Positions 17,820 through 20,573 of a stretch of DNA of 20,573 bases are shown here, piece after piece; the first letter of the stretch is position 1; the number at the start of each line of letters is the position of its first letter. Origin of the DNA: an uncultured bacterium (GTDB lineage Bacteria > Hydrogenedentota > Hydrogenedentia > Hydrogenedentales > JAEUWI01); contig CAXBPH010000113.1 of assembly GCA_963977445.1 (NCBI GenBank), forward strand, positions 1 through 20,573. Reading direction: 5' to 3'. The position numbers were made by a program, and so were the translations under genes. The notes under the pieces were generated by a model. That model made no database searches and was not told where the DNA came from. It worked only from the letters and a program-made list of their open reading frames with translations.

Positions 17820-18488
17820 ATGCTTGGTATTGGTTTTGGTGAAATGATATTGATTGCCGGTGTGGCACTCGTGGTAATTGGTCCTGAAAAATTCCCTGAC
17901 TTTGCCAAGCTTGTTATCCGTACCGTTCGTGACCTCCGTGGTTATGTAGACGATGTGAAGACCGAGATGACCCGGGAATTGTCCCCCTTGAAAAAGGAAA
18001 TGGACTCGCTGAAGCGTATCGATCCGGAAAAATATATCGACTCCCTCACATCAGACGACGGCGACACCAAGCCCAAATCCGATGTGCCAGCCAACCCCTC
18101 CATCAACGAAGAAGATAGAAAAGTTATGGCCGGCGCCGATGCCGACACCTATGGGGAAGATCCCTATGGCTGGCAGGGGAGTGAAAATGGGGGCTACGAT
18201 CAGGACCACGCGTCCTGTCCCGATGATACCGTAGGCTATGGCGCGGAAACGCCCGTGTCGGACGACGTAGAAGGTGGGGGAGAGGCTGAGGTAGAGACAG
18301 ACGGCGTCGATAGTGCAACGGACGAGAGCGTACCCACCGAGGCTGACGTCGATGGCGAAGCGCCGGAAGCTACGGAAGCTACGGAAGATACGGAACAAAG
18401 TAGCGGTGAACCCGACTTGTCCTTCCCGGAAGACGATCGAATTGAGCTCAGCGAGCCGGGTGAGCCCGACGTATGGACCGGACGCTAA
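17820..18488 (+). CDS. tatB: Twin-arginine translocase subunit TatB with a long acidic tail
   Basis: MLGIGFGEMILIAGVALVVIGPEKFP (Glu8 and GP hinge typical of TatB), amphipathic helix, AAGGAG SD, adjacent to tatC. Confidence 0.85.
   Translation: MLGIGFGEMILIAGVALVVIGPEKFPDFAKLVIRTVRDLRGYVDDVKTEMTRELSPLKKEMDSLKRIDPEKYIDSLTSDDGDTKPKSDVPANPSINEEDRKVMAGADADTYGEDPYGWQGSENGGYDQDHASCPDDTVGYGAETPVSDDVEGGGEAEVETDGVDSATDESVPTEADVDGEAPEATEATEDTEQSSGEPDLSFPEDDRIELSEPGEPDVWTGR
18364..18395 (+). repeat. 9-bp tandem repeat (CGGAAGCTA x~3.5) in the tatB tail
   Basis: cggaagcta cggaagcta cggaagata cggaa, encoding PEATEATEDTE. Confidence 0.85.
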
Positions 18489-18665
18489 CCCCGGTATCAG
18501 CAGTTTCTGGATAGACGCAATCCCATCCATCTCTTCCGTGCCACGTCGGAGACGCGCCGCAGGAGGGCGATCCGACAACGTCGGTTCGTGTGCCCGCAGT
18601 GGCAGCGACGGCTTCCTGAGTAAACTCGAACACCAACTGCGTAATCCCGGGTGGGAGCACCGCCA

Positions 18666-19442
18666 TTATTTCGACCCCATGTCCTCCCCAAAAACCTCGG
18701 TTTTTCCAGGAAGCGTGGTGTCTAATAACTCGTATTCGCTCTTTGAGACCACCCGCCCCAGATTATCATAAAATTTCCTCGTAGACTCAATGGGCTTGCC
18801 TTGTTCAAAAGTTACACGGACACACAGTTTCCCATCGTCGTTAAATTTCTGCCAGTCCCCGTCTTTAAGTCCTCGTCGATAATTTCCAACGAACGATGGA
18901 CTCCCCGATTTCACATCGTAGAGTATGAATGGACCATGGAGCATACCCAACTCCCACGTTTCCTCCCCCAGCAACTGACCGTTCCTGCTCATCCACGTTT
19001 GCTTCCCATGTTTTTTATGTGTGCCTCCATATTCGATGACTTCGTATTCGACAATAGCATCATCCTTCTGTTTCTGTCTCACCTTCTCATGGTGTCCATA
19101 CCGACTGAAAACGAAGGTGCTAAACGCTCCCTTCTGATTGGTCAAATCATTTGCGATGTAGTAGCCGGACGCAATCCATGGAAAAACGGCTATGACGAGT
19201 GTCAAGTAGCAAGCCAATATTATTCCCCGTCGCACTATCAATTTCGGCTTGCCTGTCGGCTTCCCTAAAGCCCGACGGGCGACTAACGGTGATACCATTA
19301 TCAGTCCCACCACAAACAGGGAGCGCCCGGCACCTACGAAACGATACTCGGGTAACGGGATAACGTAGAAAACGACAACAACTGCTAATATCAGGAATAC
19401 GAGCCAACCGCAATGGGAACATATTTTTCTCACAATAGTCAC
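18666..19442 (-). CDS. Membrane protein with MORN-variant (YwqK-like) repeats
   Basis: Three N-terminal TM segments, then KKHGKQTWMSRNGQLLGEETWELGMLHGPFILYD..GNYRRGLKDGDWQKFNDDGKL repeats. GTG at 19442, or GTG at 19433 which has AGGTG upstream. Confidence 0.8.
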   Translation of the reverse strand: MTIVRKICSHCGWLVFLILAVVVVFYVIPLPEYRFVGAGRSLFVVGLIMVSPLVARRALGKPTGKPKLIVRRGIILACYLTLVIAVFPWIASGYYIANDLTNQKGAFSTFVFSRYGHHEKVRQKQKDDAIVEYEVIEYGGTHKKHGKQTWMSRNGQLLGEETWELGMLHGPFILYDVKSGSPSFVGNYRRGLKDGDWQKFNDDGKLCVRVTFEQGKPIESTRKFYDNLGRVVSKSEYELLDTTLPGKTEVFGEDMGSK

Positions 19443-19871
19443 CTAGTTAAGAAATCGGGTAAACCCAGAGTCCAACCCAGCCGCAAAGTCAAAAACCGCG
19501 CGAACAGCTCCATTCTCGTGAGCCGGACTCACAAAAAGCAGATTTGGCATAAGTCCTATCTTCATATATGCACTCATGACCATTCCAAGTTGTGCTACAA
19601 CGCAAGAAATGCGTCCGAATCCACGTCGCCAAGCGGTTGTGTCGGTTCGATTCCATCGCTCTAAGGTAAAAGACCAGAGACACGCCCAAGCCACGGGTAA
19701 AAGCAACGTATCCATCAGGGAAAGACTCATCAAGCCCACTATCTCAAGCTTAAGTAATCCGGATTCCATAAGAATAAAACAGGTTGTGGTACCAATATAT
19801 AGTAAAAGCACACTTTGTCGACCATACTGCCCGATTGACAAGTGAACGAGCAGCCTTCTTCGAACGTCCAC
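19443..19871 (-). CDS. Hypothetical membrane protein
   Basis: Strong SD AAGGAGGT 5 nt before GTG 19871. About three hydrophobic segments. Its stop abuts the next gene. Confidence 0.6.
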   Translation of the reverse strand: MDVRRRLLVHLSIGQYGRQSVLLLYIGTTTCFILMESGLLKLEIVGLMSLSLMDTLLLPVAWACLWSFTLERWNRTDTTAWRRGFGRISCVVAQLGMVMSAYMKIGLMPNLLFVSPAHENGAVRAVFDFAAGLDSGFTRFLN

Positions 19872-20151
19872 GAACAACCTCCTTCATAATTGAATATTTT
19901 TGGAATATTCCATTGATTTGCTCTTCTACGTACTATGCCATCCGAAAAATCGTCAATCTTGAGACGTAGCTTCTAATTTAAACATAGCTGCCCTTCAGAG
20001 CGACGTATCATGGTGCCCACCTTCCAGAAGCGGCCTCGGTTGTCCAAACCTTGACAAATCACTGGGGCCACCGTCAAATTAGCGTCAAAGTTTGGGGAGC
20101 GGCGGTCACGGACCCCGAGGCTATCGGTGCGTTCACGTTTGATACAATGCT

Positions 20152-20290
20152 TCCCTTTGGCGGGAATGCCGTTCCGGAGCTTGGGCATTCCTGCCCACCT
20201 CCGGCGCGTCCAAGACCCGAGACAGGGCCCACGACGAGACATGACATGGCTATCAACGCCATGGAATAGCCAAGCGGGGGATTCCACGTC
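20152..20290. repeat. Direct repeat copy 1, containing a REP-like hairpin
   Basis: 20168-20290 matches 20451-20573 at 119 of 123 positions by manual alignment. Similarity extends left to TCCCTTTGG. Contains GGAG-ct-TGGGCA-ttcc-TGCCCA. Confidence 0.92.
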
Positions 20291-20393
20291 GTGTATTTCC
20301 GTTTTTTTGGGCCTCGCGTTCGCGAGGGTTTGGGTCACGTGATTCGTGTTTTCATGGCGTGTATTCTCGTTTGGCGATTGGGGTTGACGTTGT

Positions 20394-20416
20394 CTCAGGC
20401 AGGAATGCCTGAGTCC
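20394..20416 (-). repeat. Inverted REP-like hairpin variant
   Basis: CTCAGGCA-ggaa-TGCCTGAG 8-bp stem. It shares the GGCAGGAATGCC core with the other copies in reverse orientation. Confidence 0.75.
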
Positions 20417-20573
20417 CTTTGGGGGAATGCCCAAGCTCCTTTAAGGGATCGCCGTTCAGGAGCTCGGGCATTCTTGCCCACCTCCGGCGCGTCCAAGACC
20501 CGAGACAGGGCCCACGAGGAGACATGACATGGCTATCAACGCCATGGAATAGCCAAGCGGGGGATTCCACGTC
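20414..20573. repeat. Direct repeat copy 2 (runs to the window edge), with an inverted REP-like pair
   Basis: As copy 1, plus 22 extra nt. GGAATGCCCAAGCTCCT (20424-20440) is a near-perfect inverted partner of AGGAGCTCGGGCATTCT (20458-20474). Confidence 0.92.

Noticed and set aside
18489..18665. Cobalamin riboswitch or SRP RNA (GCCACTG and CAGGAAG on the minus strand)
   Set aside because: The other conserved elements are absent, and the location between convergent 3' ends does not fit a riboswitch.
19739..19972. 77-codon open minus-strand frame after the TAG at 19973-19975, considered as a toxin C-terminal remnant or readthrough product
   Set aside because: No start near its 5' end, no recognisable domain, and it overlaps the better-supported 19871 gene by 133 nt.
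19973..20570. ORFs across the terminal repeats (19973..20434, 20352..20570 and others)
   Set aside because: They are translations of the repeated palindromic DNA, with the same peptide appearing twice, and have no coding hallmarks.
20152..20573. CRISPR array
   Set aside because: The unit is over 120 bp with a 283-bp period, only two copies are visible, and no cas genes are present.

Overview
GC-rich bacterial chromosomal window, mostly housekeeping genes. The left edge holds the 5' part of a minus-strand GcvT-family FAD oxidoreductase (sarcosine/dimethylglycine dehydrogenase-like) that the ORF track misses because it runs off the window. A long plus-strand run follows: a coupled glycosylation trio (GT4 glycosyltransferase, WecA/TagO-like phosphoglycosyltransferase, 940-aa O-antigen-ligase-like protein), then Xaa-Pro peptidase-efp-accB-accC with its own promoter, an AmaP-like membrane protein with a roughly 290-aa acidic tail, hisF, hisI-trpE-trpG, a tail-anchored hypothetical protein, an HU/IHF protein, and tatC-tatB. 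The right end has an AT-richer minus-strand two-gene cassette (membrane protein plus MORN-variant/YwqK-like protein) and a cluster of REP-like hairpins inside a direct repeat with a 283-bp period that runs to the window edge. Best leads: (1) an unannotated 19-codon leader ORF before hisI-trpE-trpG whose His-Thr-Pro codons are an exact 8-nt complement of the hisI Shine-Dalgarno region, suggesting His/Trp translational attenuation; (2) the AmaP-like protein with a long acidic linker and basic-aromatic C-terminus and no asp23 neighbour; (3) the minimal glycosylation trio with a G9 tract in the ligase; (4) the REP-like repeat array. All calls come from reading motifs by eye; no searches were run.
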